The notes beneath the pieces are model-generated. The model saw only the letters and a program-made list of their open reading frames with translations, had not been told where the DNA came from and did not search any database. A stretch of 64,000 nt of DNA from Nitrospirota bacterium. Its GTDB lineage: Bacteria; Nitrospirota; UBA9217. The stretch lies in assembly GCA_963663225.1 (NCBI GenBank), contig OY760142.1, forward strand, positions 1,248,001 to 1,312,000, given 5' to 3'. The position numbers and the translations under genes are program-made. Position 1 is the stretch's first letter. Each line of letters starts with the position of its first letter. Of the stretch, positions 1 through 9,657 are shown in pieces.

Positions 1-92
1 AAGCAAACGTGTCCGTAGACGACAAGGCGCTGGACGCAGCCGTTGCAAGCTGGTCGCAAACGACGGCACCGTCCAAAGAAGGAGCTAAATAA
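1..92 (+). CDS. 3' end of upstream gene (partial), possibly another PpiC-type foldase
   Basis: Open frame from position 3 reads ANVSVDDKALDAAVASWSQTTAPSKEGAK* (TAA 90-92). It resembles foldase C-termini and precedes a foldase gene. Confidence 0.45.
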   Translation, partial: ANVSVDDKALDAAVASWSQTTAPSKEGAK

Positions 93-102
93 CACCTCCA
101 CC

Positions 103-1047
103 ATGAATATGCTGCCGATGACAAAATATATAACCCCAGTGCTGCTGCTGGGGTTATTGTTTTTTTCCTGCAAAAAAAAGGACGAAGGCGATCAGGGGCG
201 CACGGCCACGGCTGACGCAAAAGTGGTGGCAACCGTAAACGGGGACCCGATAACGCTTTCCGAGTTTCAGGAGCGATTTGCCCGCGCCGGGCTCAAGGCC
301 GAACGCGACGCGAGCCGTGCCGTGAAAGAAGAATTTTTGAACCGGCTGATAGAACGCACGATGATGCTGCGCGAAGCCCAGCGAAAAAGAATCAAAGTCG
401 GCACACCGGAAATAGACAAGCGGGTTGAAGCGTTCCGCAGCGAACACGGAAAAGACATCGCGGCGGAACTGGCGGGGCTCGGCGTCGATTTTGAAAAGTG
501 GAAGTCCGACCTCTGGGAAGAGCTCATGATTCAGCGTTTGCTCGAAAGCGAGGTCTACCGGCGCGTTTCCCTGTCATCTGCTGACGTGCGCCGGTACTAC
601 CAGGCCAATCCCCAGGAGTTTGAAAAGCCCGAGCAGGTGCGCGTGCGCCAGATCGTGGTTCCTGCCGAGGACGACGCGAAAAAAGTGCTGGAGCTTTTGC
701 ATGCGGGCGGGGATTTTGCCGCCATTGCGCACGACAAGTCTACGGCGCCGGAAGCCGCAAAGGGCGGCGATCTTGGTTATTTCGCCATGGGAGATATGCC
801 GAAAGAATTCAACGTGGTGTTCGGGCTTCCCAAAGGCGGCGTGAGCGGGATTATCAAGAGCCCCTATGGGTACCATATCTTCAAACTCGTGGACAAGCGG
901 CATGCGGGGAAAATCACCTTCGAGGAAGCCAGGAAAGAAATCGAAGAAAAGCTGCGGCATGAAAAAGAAGACGTGCGGTACAAACAATGGTTGACAGACC
1001 TGCGGGCAAAAACGAAATTTGAAGTAAACTACAAAGCCCTGGAATAA
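103..1047 (+). CDS. PpiC-type peptidyl-prolyl cis-trans isomerase lipoprotein (PrsA/SurA-like)
   Basis: Lipobox LFFSC; VVATVNGDPIT SurA-N motif; parvulin motifs VRVRQIVV, KGGDLGYF, IIKSPYGYHIFKL. Start could be 103, 109 or 118. Confidence 0.9.
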   Translation: MNMLPMTKYITPVLLLGLLFFSCKKKDEGDQGRTATADAKVVATVNGDPITLSEFQERFARAGLKAERDASRAVKEEFLNRLIERTMMLREAQRKRIKVGTPEIDKRVEAFRSEHGKDIAAELAGLGVDFEKWKSDLWEELMIQRLLESEVYRRVSLSSADVRRYYQANPQEFEKPEQVRVRQIVVPAEDDAKKVLELLHAGGDFAAIAHDKSTAPEAAKGGDLGYFAMGDMPKEFNVVFGLPKGGVSGIIKSPYGYHIFKLVDKRHAGKITFEEARKEIEEKLRHEKEDVRYKQWLTDLRAKTKFEVNYKALE

Positions 1048-1096
1048 CGCCCACCCCGGCAATGCAGCGGGTTTTCAACCGAAAGTAAGCTGTCCT

Positions 1097-2179
1097 TTAG
1101 CGGTCAGCGGCCGTGGTCGTTCCCCCGGATGCCAGCTGAATTTTTCCGATGTCCGACTCGATTTCAAACTCCGTGTCAAAACGCTCCGAAGCGTCCTGTA
1201 ACGCTTCCAGCACCTCAGCAGCAGCCTTGCCTTTCAGCACCCGCGGCTGGTACTTTACCCGGTAATTATTCACACCCAGAGGAACCGCCTCCGCCCTGAC
1301 AAGACTCTTGCCCTTAAAGGTCAAAAGGAGTATGATACTGCTGTTTGTATTGTTGCTTTCGGACCCGAAGACGAAATTTCCGAGGCTGTACGCTATGAGA
1401 CGGCCCTTGTAAATTTCGATTTCCTGCAGTACATGAGGATGGTGGCCCAGCACGAGGTCTGCGCCCCAGTCTATGGCCTGATGCCCCAGCTCCACTTGAT
1501 ACTCTTTGGCCGCTGTCATCAGTTCAGCGCCCCAGTGAAACGAGACCACCACGAGATCAGCCAAAGGGCGGATTTTTTCCACATCAGCTTTTACAAATTC
1601 CTGATACCCCGGCGCGGTGCCCGGACGCTTCGCTGAAGCGTAGAATTCAAGCGGAAAGGTGAGGGAATACGAAAGAAAGGCAACTGTTTTTCCCTTGATT
1701 TTCAGGATCGCGGGTGCGCGTGCATCCTCAATGTCCATCCCCGCCCCTGAATAGAGAATCCCGTTTTCGTCGAGAATTTCAAGCGTGTCCTGCAGCGCCA
1801 GCGGGCCGAAGTCCATGGAATGATTGTTGGCCAGCGTAACCACGTGGACACCGGCTGCCGCGAGAGCTTCTACGGCGACCGGTCCGGCGCGAAGCGTGAA
1901 CTTCTTGTTTTCCACGGCAGTACCGCGCGTGGAAATCGGCGACTCGAGGTTGCCTACAACAATATCCGCCTTGTCGAGAAACGGCTGCACCTCGACAAAC
2001 GGATACTGCGGACCGAACTTCTTTAAAACCGGTTCGGTCCGATGCCCGAGCATGATGTCGCCGACCGCGGCGATCGTGATTTCCTCCGGCTGTGCCGCCG
2101 TCGGTTCCGCGGCAAGGGCGAATGACGCAAGAGCAAGCGCAGTAATAGCAGTAAGAAACGAAGCAACGGTTTTTTTCAT
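1097..2179 (-). CDS. CapA/PgsA family metallophosphatase-fold protein, exported
   Basis: Signal peptide MKKTVASF; motifs VGDIM, GNLESP, LANNHSMDFG, SFHWGAE, GHHPHVLQ, YSLGNFVF. Confidence 0.9.
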   Translation of the reverse strand: MKKTVASFLTAITALALASFALAAEPTAAQPEEITIAAVGDIMLGHRTEPVLKKFGPQYPFVEVQPFLDKADIVVGNLESPISTRGTAVENKKFTLRAGPVAVEALAAAGVHVVTLANNHSMDFGPLALQDTLEILDENGILYSGAGMDIEDARAPAILKIKGKTVAFLSYSLTFPLEFYASAKRPGTAPGYQEFVKADVEKIRPLADLVVVSFHWGAELMTAAKEYQVELGHQAIDWGADLVLGHHPHVLQEIEIYKGRLIAYSLGNFVFGSESNNTNSSIILLLTFKGKSLVRAEAVPLGVNNYRVKYQPRVLKGKAAAEVLEALQDASERFDTEFEIESDIGKIQLASGGTTTAADR

Positions 2180-2273
2180 ACTATACTGGATAATAATCAA
2201 CTTGGTTTCAAAAGGCAATAAAAAAGAAAATCAGCATTTCCAATCCAACGTATAACGAGCAGGAAACTAAAAC

Positions 2274-3218
2274 ATGGCTAAAAAAATCTTCTTATCGATT
2301 GTGATGTTAACAGGCCTTTTTCTTTTCTCAGGCCTGCAGGGCGCCGCAACCGGCTCCCTTGTTGTGGACCGGGTGGTTGCCGTTGTGAACGGCGAGATTA
2401 TCACGCTTTCCGATCTGCAGCGTGAGGAGACCCTCAATAAGAAAAAAGAACCAAAATTGGACACGCGTCATATTCTTGAGGACATGATTGACAGAAAACT
2501 GCAGATGACTGCCGCAAAACGCGCCGGCATGGACGTTACGGACAAGGAATTGAGCGAAGCCGTTTCGGACATAGAAAAACGAAATAATATGGACAACAGA
2601 CAGTTCGAGGCGGCCTTGGCCAAAGAAGGGCTGACCCTTGAACAATACAAGTCGGATCTGAAGGAGCAGATGACGCTTTCGCGCGTTTTCAACAAATTCG
2701 TGCGCGCCGGCATTGCTGTGGACGAGGCAGAAGCACGCGCATTTTACCAGAAAAACCTGAAGGTATATTCCCTTCCTGAAGAGATCCGCGTACGGCAGAT
2801 ATTCATTCCGGTGCCGGAAAAAGCGAAAGCGGACAAGATTGCCGCGGCAAAAGAAAAAGCACAGGCATTGTATGAGCGCGCGAAAAAGGGAGAAGACTTT
2901 ATCGGCCTTGTCCGCGAGGGATCGGAAGGCGTGACCGCCCAGCACGACGGCGATCTGGGCTTCATGCAAAGGGACCAGGTGATTCCCGAGATTGCAGCGG
3001 CCATTCAGAATCTTCAGCCCGGCGAGATTGCAAAACCGTTCCTCGGCGCCGGCGGCTATAATATTATCCTGCTCGAAGAAACGCGCTCGCCGATCAAACC
3101 GTTCGAGAGTGTCAAGGAAGAGATTCTGAATATTCTCTATCAGCAGAAGCTGGATAATTCCTACCGGAACTGGCTCCAGACACTCAGAAGCGATTCGCAT
3201 ATAGAAAACAAACTGTAG
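2274..3218 (+). CDS. SurA-like chaperone / PpiC-type PPIase
   Basis: Signal peptide; VDRVVAVVNGEIITLSDL SurA N-terminal motif; one parvulin domain (DGDLGFM). Confidence 0.88.
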   Translation: MAKKIFLSIVMLTGLFLFSGLQGAATGSLVVDRVVAVVNGEIITLSDLQREETLNKKKEPKLDTRHILEDMIDRKLQMTAAKRAGMDVTDKELSEAVSDIEKRNNMDNRQFEAALAKEGLTLEQYKSDLKEQMTLSRVFNKFVRAGIAVDEAEARAFYQKNLKVYSLPEEIRVRQIFIPVPEKAKADKIAAAKEKAQALYERAKKGEDFIGLVREGSEGVTAQHDGDLGFMQRDQVIPEIAAAIQNLQPGEIAKPFLGAGGYNIILLEETRSPIKPFESVKEEILNILYQQKLDNSYRNWLQTLRSDSHIENKL

Positions 3219-3266
3219 CGGGGATTCCGGGCGTTCTCTATCTCTATTTTTCTTTCATCAATCCAC

Positions 3267-4430
3267 ATGAAAACAGTAAAGCTAAAGCACAAAGAAGAGC
3301 GGCGCGTTTTGCGCGGGCACCCCTGGGTGTTCAGCAACGAACTTCAGCACACCAAGGAGACATTTCTTCCCGGCGAACTGGTGGATGTGCTTGACGCGTC
3401 CGGCCGGTTTGTCGGCAGAGGGTATATCAATCCCCATACCCTGATAGCGGTCCGCATTGTAACACGGAAACAGGAAGCAATTAATCAGGAGTTTTTTCAC
3501 ACGAGGCTGGCCACAGCGCACGCCCTGCGAACCGCGCTCGGGCTTGCTGATTCGTTCCGGGCCGTGTTCAGCGAAGGAGACAATCTGCCGGGATTGATCG
3601 TGGACAAATACGCCGACACGCTGGTCGTGCAGTCATCCACGGCCGGCATGGACAATCTTCTCCCGGAATTAATTCCCGCGCTGCAGCAGGAGTTTTCCCC
3701 GAACGCAATTGTTCTCCGGAACGACATGGCCTCCCGCGAGTTGGAAGGACTGTCCCTTGAAACGCGCGTCCTGCATGGAGAACTCGGAGGGCCCGTCCTT
3801 ATTCAGGAGTCAGGCATCCAATACGAAGTCGATCTGCTCCAGGGCCAGAAAACAGGTTTTTTTTTCGACCAGCGGGAAAACCGGCTGGCAATCAAGGATT
3901 ACGTGAACGGGGAGCGGGTGCTCGACTGTTTCTGCTATGTCGGCGCCTGGTCGCTTACTGCTGCGCGCTTCGGCGCCTCAGAAGTCATCGGACTCGATTC
4001 ATCAGAACGGGCCATCGCGAGCGCCTCCTTCAACGCGGAACTGAACGGATTGTCCGTGCAATTCAAAAAAGCCGATGTTTTCGAGGAACTGCGGCTGCTC
4101 GAAAAAAATCGGGAACACTTCGGCAGCATCATTCTTGATCCTCCTGCGTTCGTAAAGAACAGGGCGAAAGTGCGCGAAGCGCTGAAGGGCTACAAGGAAA
4201 TCAACCGCAGGGCAATGCAGCTGCTCGAACCGCACGGCATCCTCGTGTCCTGCTCATGTTCGCACCATATAGACCAGGCGTTGTTCAGGGAAATGCTGCT
4301 CGATGCAGCATATTCCGCCGGCAGACAGGCGAGGCTCCTCGAGATGCGCGCGCAGTCCCGGGACCATCCGATTCTTCTTGCGGCGCGGGAAACCGAGTAT
4401 CTGAAATGCGCGATTCTGGTTGTTGACTGA
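3267..4430 (+). CDS. rlmI: 23S rRNA m5C1962 methyltransferase RlmI family
   Basis: PUA-like GHPWVFSNE, EGDNLPGLIVDKY, GQKTGFFFDQRENR, ILDPPAF, SCSCSHH, DHP..ETEYLK. Confidence 0.9.
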   Translation: MKTVKLKHKEERRVLRGHPWVFSNELQHTKETFLPGELVDVLDASGRFVGRGYINPHTLIAVRIVTRKQEAINQEFFHTRLATAHALRTALGLADSFRAVFSEGDNLPGLIVDKYADTLVVQSSTAGMDNLLPELIPALQQEFSPNAIVLRNDMASRELEGLSLETRVLHGELGGPVLIQESGIQYEVDLLQGQKTGFFFDQRENRLAIKDYVNGERVLDCFCYVGAWSLTAARFGASEVIGLDSSERAIASASFNAELNGLSVQFKKADVFEELRLLEKNREHFGSIILDPPAFVKNRAKVREALKGYKEINRRAMQLLEPHGILVSCSCSHHIDQALFREMLLDAAYSAGRQARLLEMRAQSRDHPILLAARETEYLKCAILVVD

Positions 4431-4455
4431 TGCTGCGGAAAAATACTTTTTTAGC

Positions 4456-4484
4456 TTGACTAACACCCATCCTCTGGGTAAGAT
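4456..4484 (+). promoter_or_regulatory. sigma70 promoter of tRNA-Val
   Basis: TTGACT-17 nt-TAAGAT, 13 nt upstream of the tRNA. Confidence 0.7.
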
Positions 4485-4497
4485 GTTAACCGTTTCA

Positions 4498-4572
4498 GGG
4501 CGCTTAGCTCAGCGGGAGAGCACTGCCTTCACACGGCAGGGGCCACTGGTTCAATCCCAGTAGCGCCCACCA
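4498..4572 (+). tRNA. tRNA-Val (anticodon CAC)
   Basis: Acceptor stem GGGCGCT/AGCGCCC, D arm GCTC..GAGC, anticodon arm CTGCC-TTCACAC-GGCAG, T loop GGTTCAATCC, encoded CCA. Confidence 0.97.
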
Positions 4573-4738
4573 TTTTTCCATAATAACACGTGGGTTTTTC
4601 TTACGGATTTTTGTTTGTCCGAATAAAAATGTAACGCAGGTTTTTGAGGCCAAATTCAAAGTTGAACGGAATACCGAGCACAATTCAAGGCAGTAGTAAA
4701 CGTTTTTTCTGCTTCGGCGTAGGTGGTTCGCTTCAACT

Positions 4739-6052
4739 CTATTTCGACCGCATCAACTGCGGCGTCTGTTCACTATTATACTGCTTTCGTGCGATCCGCT
4801 CTACCTGAGGCTTGAGATAGCTGTAAAGATCATCTATTTTCAGCGAACCATCCTGGGTCGTTACGCCCTCATTCTTGATGCCTTTGAGCAAAAAATATGT
4901 GAAGAGCCCATGGCCTTTTTCCTCATAGGTAGAGCTTATCTGATCACCCTGAGAAGCCGAGATAACCGTCATGTTCCTAGATGGCACTGAATTGTTTTGA
5001 AGGTTCATAACAAGCGGACGCGCGCCCTTGGCCAGCACCGAGCGCCCTCCCGCACCGGAGAAGCAAGAATCAAGAGCGACAATGATTTCCTTCGCGGGCA
5101 ACTTCCCAAGCGCATCATACATTCTTTTCAGCGAGTAGCCGGTTTCTGCAATAAACGTTGGATCTCCGTCATAGGGCACCAGATAAGCCCCTCCTGTCTT
5201 GGGTTCCGGTGCACCATGGCCCGAGTAGTACACAAATACGGTGCTCTCTTTCTCGACATTATTTGGGAGCCATTTTTCGAAGTATTTTACAAAGTCGACA
5301 TTGGTGGCATTTTCGTTCAGCAAGGTGACAACGTTTTCTTCAGGATACCCAAGGGCTTTGGTGAGGTAATCAACAACTAACCTCGCATCCTGGGTTGCGT
5401 AATCCGCCCTCGGCAACTTCTGGCGGTAGTTTTGAATGCCGATCACAACAGCGTAGGCTTTACTGTTCTGCTTGGTTTTTACTACCGGCACGACATCAAT
5501 ATCCGACCGCTGCATAGAAGAATCTTCACTGGATAATGAAGAAGCATCGTCATCCGCAAACTGTTCCTGCTGTTGTTTCTGCAACGTTTTTTTTCGAGAG
5601 GGAACGGCTGCGGTCTGTTCTCGTTTTTGAGCTGCTACTACTGTTTCTCCTCCGCGATTAGCGCCGTAGTCAAACAAAAGCCTTACCATCTTGGTGTTTT
5701 TCTTGCACTCCGCGATAAACAGAGGCGTCCCGCAATTACAACTTGCCGCCCATCCGTCCCCACAGCTTATTTTATTTACGTCCGCTCCTCTCTCGAGCAT
5801 AAGACGGACGATATCCAGCCGGGCATTATTGAACACCGCCTCATGCAAAGGTGACAAACCGGGCATTACACGCGCGTTAACGTCAGCGCCATTATTTAAT
5901 AAATCTTCCACTTCCTTAATATCTCCCCGTTTTGCAGCTCTGCCCAAGGAGGAAACAGTTGCACATCCTGTCGTCAACAGAAACAAAAAAACGACAAACG
6001 CCACGCCGATACAAGAAAATATTGATTTTGAAGGATTCTCTCTTTTCACCAT
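4739..6052 (-). CDS. Lipoprotein with ankyrin repeats and C-terminal caspase-like (peptidase C14) domain
   Basis: Lipobox LTTGC; ankyrin repeats (GLSPLHEAV..IVRLMLERGADVN, GTPLFIA..MVRLLFDYGAN); AYAVVIGI, catalytic YSGHG and LDSCFSG, GHGLFTYFLLKG. Confidence 0.88.
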   Translation of the reverse strand: MVKRENPSKSIFSCIGVAFVVFLFLLTTGCATVSSLGRAAKRGDIKEVEDLLNNGADVNARVMPGLSPLHEAVFNNARLDIVRLMLERGADVNKISCGDGWAASCNCGTPLFIAECKKNTKMVRLLFDYGANRGGETVVAAQKREQTAAVPSRKKTLQKQQQEQFADDDASSLSSEDSSMQRSDIDVVPVVKTKQNSKAYAVVIGIQNYRQKLPRADYATQDARLVVDYLTKALGYPEENVVTLLNENATNVDFVKYFEKWLPNNVEKESTVFVYYSGHGAPEPKTGGAYLVPYDGDPTFIAETGYSLKRMYDALGKLPAKEIIVALDSCFSGAGGRSVLAKGARPLVMNLQNNSVPSRNMTVISASQGDQISSTYEEKGHGLFTYFLLKGIKNEGVTTQDGSLKIDDLYSYLKPQVERIARKQYNSEQTPQLMRSK

Positions 6053-6438
6053 GGCCTCCAGCAAATTCAGGAAAAGCGACATACAGTATTTTTTGGTTAT
6101 TACAGAGAAAATTCAACTTGTTAAATGTATAACAGGGCCAGGGGATAAATGCAAGAAAAAAGGGTTATGATATTTTTCAGGTTCAGGCTTAATATCTGCA
6201 AGAGATTGCTGGAAGTAGCTTGTTGTACGGGGTATTTGGAGCTGAGGAATAATATTTGAACTGACAAACCAAAATAAAACTCTAGATGCTAATTCTGCAA
6301 ATGGTCTTGTTATAGTAACCTTTTTGAAACTGTCTAACTATTTTGTAACTACTTGACAAAATATATTATTAGATGATACGGTCACTTAACAGCAAAGAAA
6401 AATATCAGTCCAAACCGCAGGAACGGAAGGAGGCCGAT

Positions 6439-6996
6439 ATGACAAAAGAAAAAATCGGTAATAATATATTTATTCCCATGCCGGTATGTATTGTCGGTGC
6501 GATATGCAACGGCAAAGAAAACTACATGGCAGTAGGCTGGATCACGAGAGTAAACGGCAATCCTCCAATGGTCGGAATCGGAATAGGCAATAAACACCAC
6601 ACGTGGAAAGGGATAACCGAACATGGGGAGTTTAGTGTTAACTTCCCTGCGGCAAACGACCTAAAGAAAACGGACTACGTCGGCATTGTGTCAGGGGCCG
6701 TAAAAGACAAGTCTCAGCTGTATACGGCACGGTATGAAAATCTTAAAAGAGCGCCCCTTATAGAGGAATGTCCCTTATCTCTGGAATGTAAACTGGTTCA
6801 GAAAATGGAGCTTCCCACGCATACGCTTTTTTTGGGCGAAATCGTCGGCGCCTATGCTGACCCGAAATACATGATTGATCATAATTTCAGCTACGAAAAA
6901 GCGGGAGCGTTCCTGCTGACCATGATGGACAATACGTACTGGAGTTTCGGAAAGAAAATCGGCGATGCGTGGAAGGATGGAAAAAGCTTTCAATAG
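6439..6996 (+). CDS. Flavin reductase-like / flavoredoxin family protein
   Basis: RBS AGGAGG; PMPVCIVGA, ENYMAVGW, EFSVNFP, APLIEECPLSLECKL, HTLFLGEI. Confidence 0.88.
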   Translation: MTKEKIGNNIFIPMPVCIVGAICNGKENYMAVGWITRVNGNPPMVGIGIGNKHHTWKGITEHGEFSVNFPAANDLKKTDYVGIVSGAVKDKSQLYTARYENLKRAPLIEECPLSLECKLVQKMELPTHTLFLGEIVGAYADPKYMIDHNFSYEKAGAFLLTMMDNTYWSFGKKIGDAWKDGKSFQ

Positions 6997-7061
6997 ATTT
7001 TCGGTATGCGCGCGATAGGAAAATTGCATAAGGATTATCCGGAAACCCCAGGGAGGCGCCA

Positions 7062-8081
7062 GTGAACAAGACTGATACCACTACCGATATAAAAGAAAAG
7101 GCATATGCGCTCGGCTATGATTTATGCGGGACCATTCCGGCAGATTCCTTGAACGAATACACTGCGTTTCTCGATAAACGGGTGGAACGGTTTCCGCAAT
7201 CGCGCCATTTATACGAACAACTCTACGCGCTGGGTTCACCCGAGAAAAAAGAAGCATGGGCGAAATCAATCGTTGTCTGCGTAAGACGGTATAATAAATA
7301 CAAAATTCCGGCGAATGCAAACAAATACTTTGGAAAATTGTATTTGTTTGACCGCAGATTGCCGTACACGGAAGGCTACAAAAGCGCAGCCTTATTCGAA
7401 GAATATCTTCAAAGCAAAGGAATGAAGTGTTTTAAGGACTCGACTGCTGCCAGATTGGCGGCGGTGAAAGCAGGTCTGGGGCATTTTGGGAAAAATAATT
7501 TTCTCTATACCCGGCACGGGTCATGGGTCACCGTGGATACCTGGACGGTGAGCGCCGAGCTGGACTATGATGGTCCGAAGGAAGTCAGCTCCGCGTGCCC
7601 GCCGAACTGCACCACGTGCATTGATGCCTGTCCCACGCGAGCAATGGCAGGTCCCTACGCAATGGACAGGGGATTATGCATAGCGCAGCTGTCCTTTTTT
7701 TCTACCGACCTTCCTGAAGAACAGGTGCGGGAGCAAATGGGGACCTGGTTATACGGGTGCGATGTATGCCAGGATGTGTGCCCGAAAAACAGCGGGTTAT
7801 GGAAGGAAGAAGAGGAGTTTCCAAGGTTGAATTCCCTCGCGGGGCTGTTAACCCCGGACAGGATCGCAGAAATGGGTGAACAAAGGTACCTTGAGACAAT
7901 TCAACCGAGATTCTGGTACATCAACAAAGAAAGCATCTGGCTCTGGAAGTCCAACGCGATACGGGCAATGGCAAACAGCAATGACTCCAGGTACCATCCG
8001 TATATCAGGCAGGCCTGTCAGGAACACGATGCAAAAATTAAAAGCATGGCAAATTGGGCCTGCAAAAAGCTCGGCATTTAA
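7062..8081 (+). CDS. Epoxyqueuosine reductase (QueG)-like 4Fe-4S dicluster protein
   Basis: GTG start after GGAGG; AVKAGLGHFGKN, CPPNCTTCIDACPT, GCDVCQDVCP, HEAT-like C-terminus. Confidence 0.8.
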   Translation: MNKTDTTTDIKEKAYALGYDLCGTIPADSLNEYTAFLDKRVERFPQSRHLYEQLYALGSPEKKEAWAKSIVVCVRRYNKYKIPANANKYFGKLYLFDRRLPYTEGYKSAALFEEYLQSKGMKCFKDSTAARLAAVKAGLGHFGKNNFLYTRHGSWVTVDTWTVSAELDYDGPKEVSSACPPNCTTCIDACPTRAMAGPYAMDRGLCIAQLSFFSTDLPEEQVREQMGTWLYGCDVCQDVCPKNSGLWKEEEEFPRLNSLAGLLTPDRIAEMGEQRYLETIQPRFWYINKESIWLWKSNAIRAMANSNDSRYHPYIRQACQEHDAKIKSMANWACKKLGI

Positions 8082-8095
8082 AAAAGGAGAGAACA

Positions 8096-8326
8096 ATGCC
8101 CCACATTATTGTAAAGCTGTATCCAGGAAGATCAGAGCAGCAGAAGACTCAGCTTGTCGAAACAATCGTGAAAGATGTTGTGGCAATAGTCAAGTGTGAA
8201 GAAAAATCCGTTTCCGTGGCTGTTGAAGAAATCAAACCGGAAGACTGGGTGGAAAAAGTGTATAAGCCGGATATACTTAGTAAGCAAGAGCAACTTTACA
8301 AAAAACCGGGCTACAACCCGTTATAA
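8096..8326 (+). CDS. 4-oxalocrotonate tautomerase family protein
   Basis: N-terminal catalytic Pro (MPHIIVKLYPGRSEQQK), SVSVAVEEI; RBS AGGAG. Confidence 0.88.
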   Translation: MPHIIVKLYPGRSEQQKTQLVETIVKDVVAIVKCEEKSVSVAVEEIKPEDWVEKVYKPDILSKQEQLYKKPGYNPL

Positions 8327-8394
8327 CGGCGATGGAAGCAAACACATAAATCAACCGCAGCACCCTGAGAAGATTCAATAAGAGGAGAACTAAT

Positions 8395-9009
8395 ATGAAA
8401 GCTATCGCAATAAACGGCAGTCCAAGGTCAGGCGGCAACACGGAAATTTTGCTCAAAAAAGTGCTGGAGCCGCTGAACGCCGCGGGGTGGAGCACGGAGT
8501 ACCTGAAAATCGGCGGCCAGGCGGTACGGGGTTGCATGGCCTGCTTTAAATGTTTTGAGAAGAAGGACAGGCGGTGCGTAATACAGCAGGATTCCATGAA
8601 TGAGTTTCTGGAAAAAATGTACGACGCCGACGCGATTATTCTCGGCTCACCGACCTATTTCACAGATGTGACTGCCGAAATGAAAGCTTTGCTTGACCGG
8701 TCGGGACTGGTGTCGCTGGCCAATGGCGCCCTGCTCAGGGGAAAAATAGGCGCTGCGGTCGTGGCCGTCCGGCGCGGCGGCGCCACGCATGTGTTCGACA
8801 GCATCAACCACATGTTTCTCATGTCTTCCATGATCGTGCCCGGTTCCATCTACTGGAACATGGGCATGGGGCTCGGCAAGGAAGAAGTTCTTCGTGATGA
8901 GGAAGCAATGCGCAACATGAATCATCTTGGACAAACAATCGCGTGGCTCGGCAAAGCGATCGTTTCAGCGCGCAATAGCTTTCCTGTGCCGCCGCTTGGC
9001 GAAGCATAG
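8395..9009 (+). CDS. Iron-sulfur flavoprotein / NADPH-dependent FMN reductase family
   Basis: INGSPRSGGNT, CMACFKC..C cluster motif, ILGSPTYF, RRGGA. Confidence 0.9.
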   Translation: MKAIAINGSPRSGGNTEILLKKVLEPLNAAGWSTEYLKIGGQAVRGCMACFKCFEKKDRRCVIQQDSMNEFLEKMYDADAIILGSPTYFTDVTAEMKALLDRSGLVSLANGALLRGKIGAAVVAVRRGGATHVFDSINHMFLMSSMIVPGSIYWNMGMGLGKEEVLRDEEAMRNMNHLGQTIAWLGKAIVSARNSFPVPPLGEA

Positions 9010-9029
9010 GTTCTTCGCGGGAAGCGCAT

Positions 9030-9608
9030 ATGAGACATGACCTGGAAAACAAGGCTGATGTAACGCTTATGCCCGGAGAAGCGTACATTACCGATAAACC
9101 GTTGATCATCACTACGATTCTGGGTTCCTGCCTGTCTTTTGTTTTATACAACAAACGACGCCGTCTTGCCGCGTTGTCTCATGCGCAGCTTCCCATGGAA
9201 AAAACACAGCACTGCTGTGTTGACAACTGCCCGGTAAAGTGCAATGCCGCGACCGAAGACAACCCTCTCAAGTATGTGGCCGGTTCCACCGAAACGCTGA
9301 TCGATACGATCCAATCTCTGGGAATAGCGCCGCGCGAGCTTGACGTGAAAATTTTCGGCGGCGCTGATGTGCTCAAGGTGGCCTATCCCACAAAGTCCAT
9401 AGGGAAGCAAAATATCGAAATGGCGCACGCGCTCATCGATAAATACAAAATGAAACTGGTCGCAGAGGACACGGGCGGAAAGCAGGGGAGAAAGATTGTT
9501 CTGAATGCAGGAACCGGCGATGTATGGGTAAAGAAAATCGTCAATGAAATGCGCGATACGCGCGATGACAGCGTGGGGATTGCCGATTATTTACACAAGC
9601 TGAAATAG
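9030..9608 (+). CDS. cheD: Chemoreceptor glutamine deamidase CheD with Cys-rich insertion
   Basis: PGEAY, TILGSC, SHAQLP, VKIFGGA, IGKQN, EDTGGKQGRKI, TGDVWVK. Confidence 0.85.
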   Translation: MRHDLENKADVTLMPGEAYITDKPLIITTILGSCLSFVLYNKRRRLAALSHAQLPMEKTQHCCVDNCPVKCNAATEDNPLKYVAGSTETLIDTIQSLGIAPRELDVKIFGGADVLKVAYPTKSIGKQNIEMAHALIDKYKMKLVAEDTGGKQGRKIVLNAGTGDVWVKKIVNEMRDTRDDSVGIADYLHKLK

Positions 9609-9657
9609 TGGAGGACGTCTGTTCAGGCAATAATCGATTTCTCACTTAGCCGTGATA

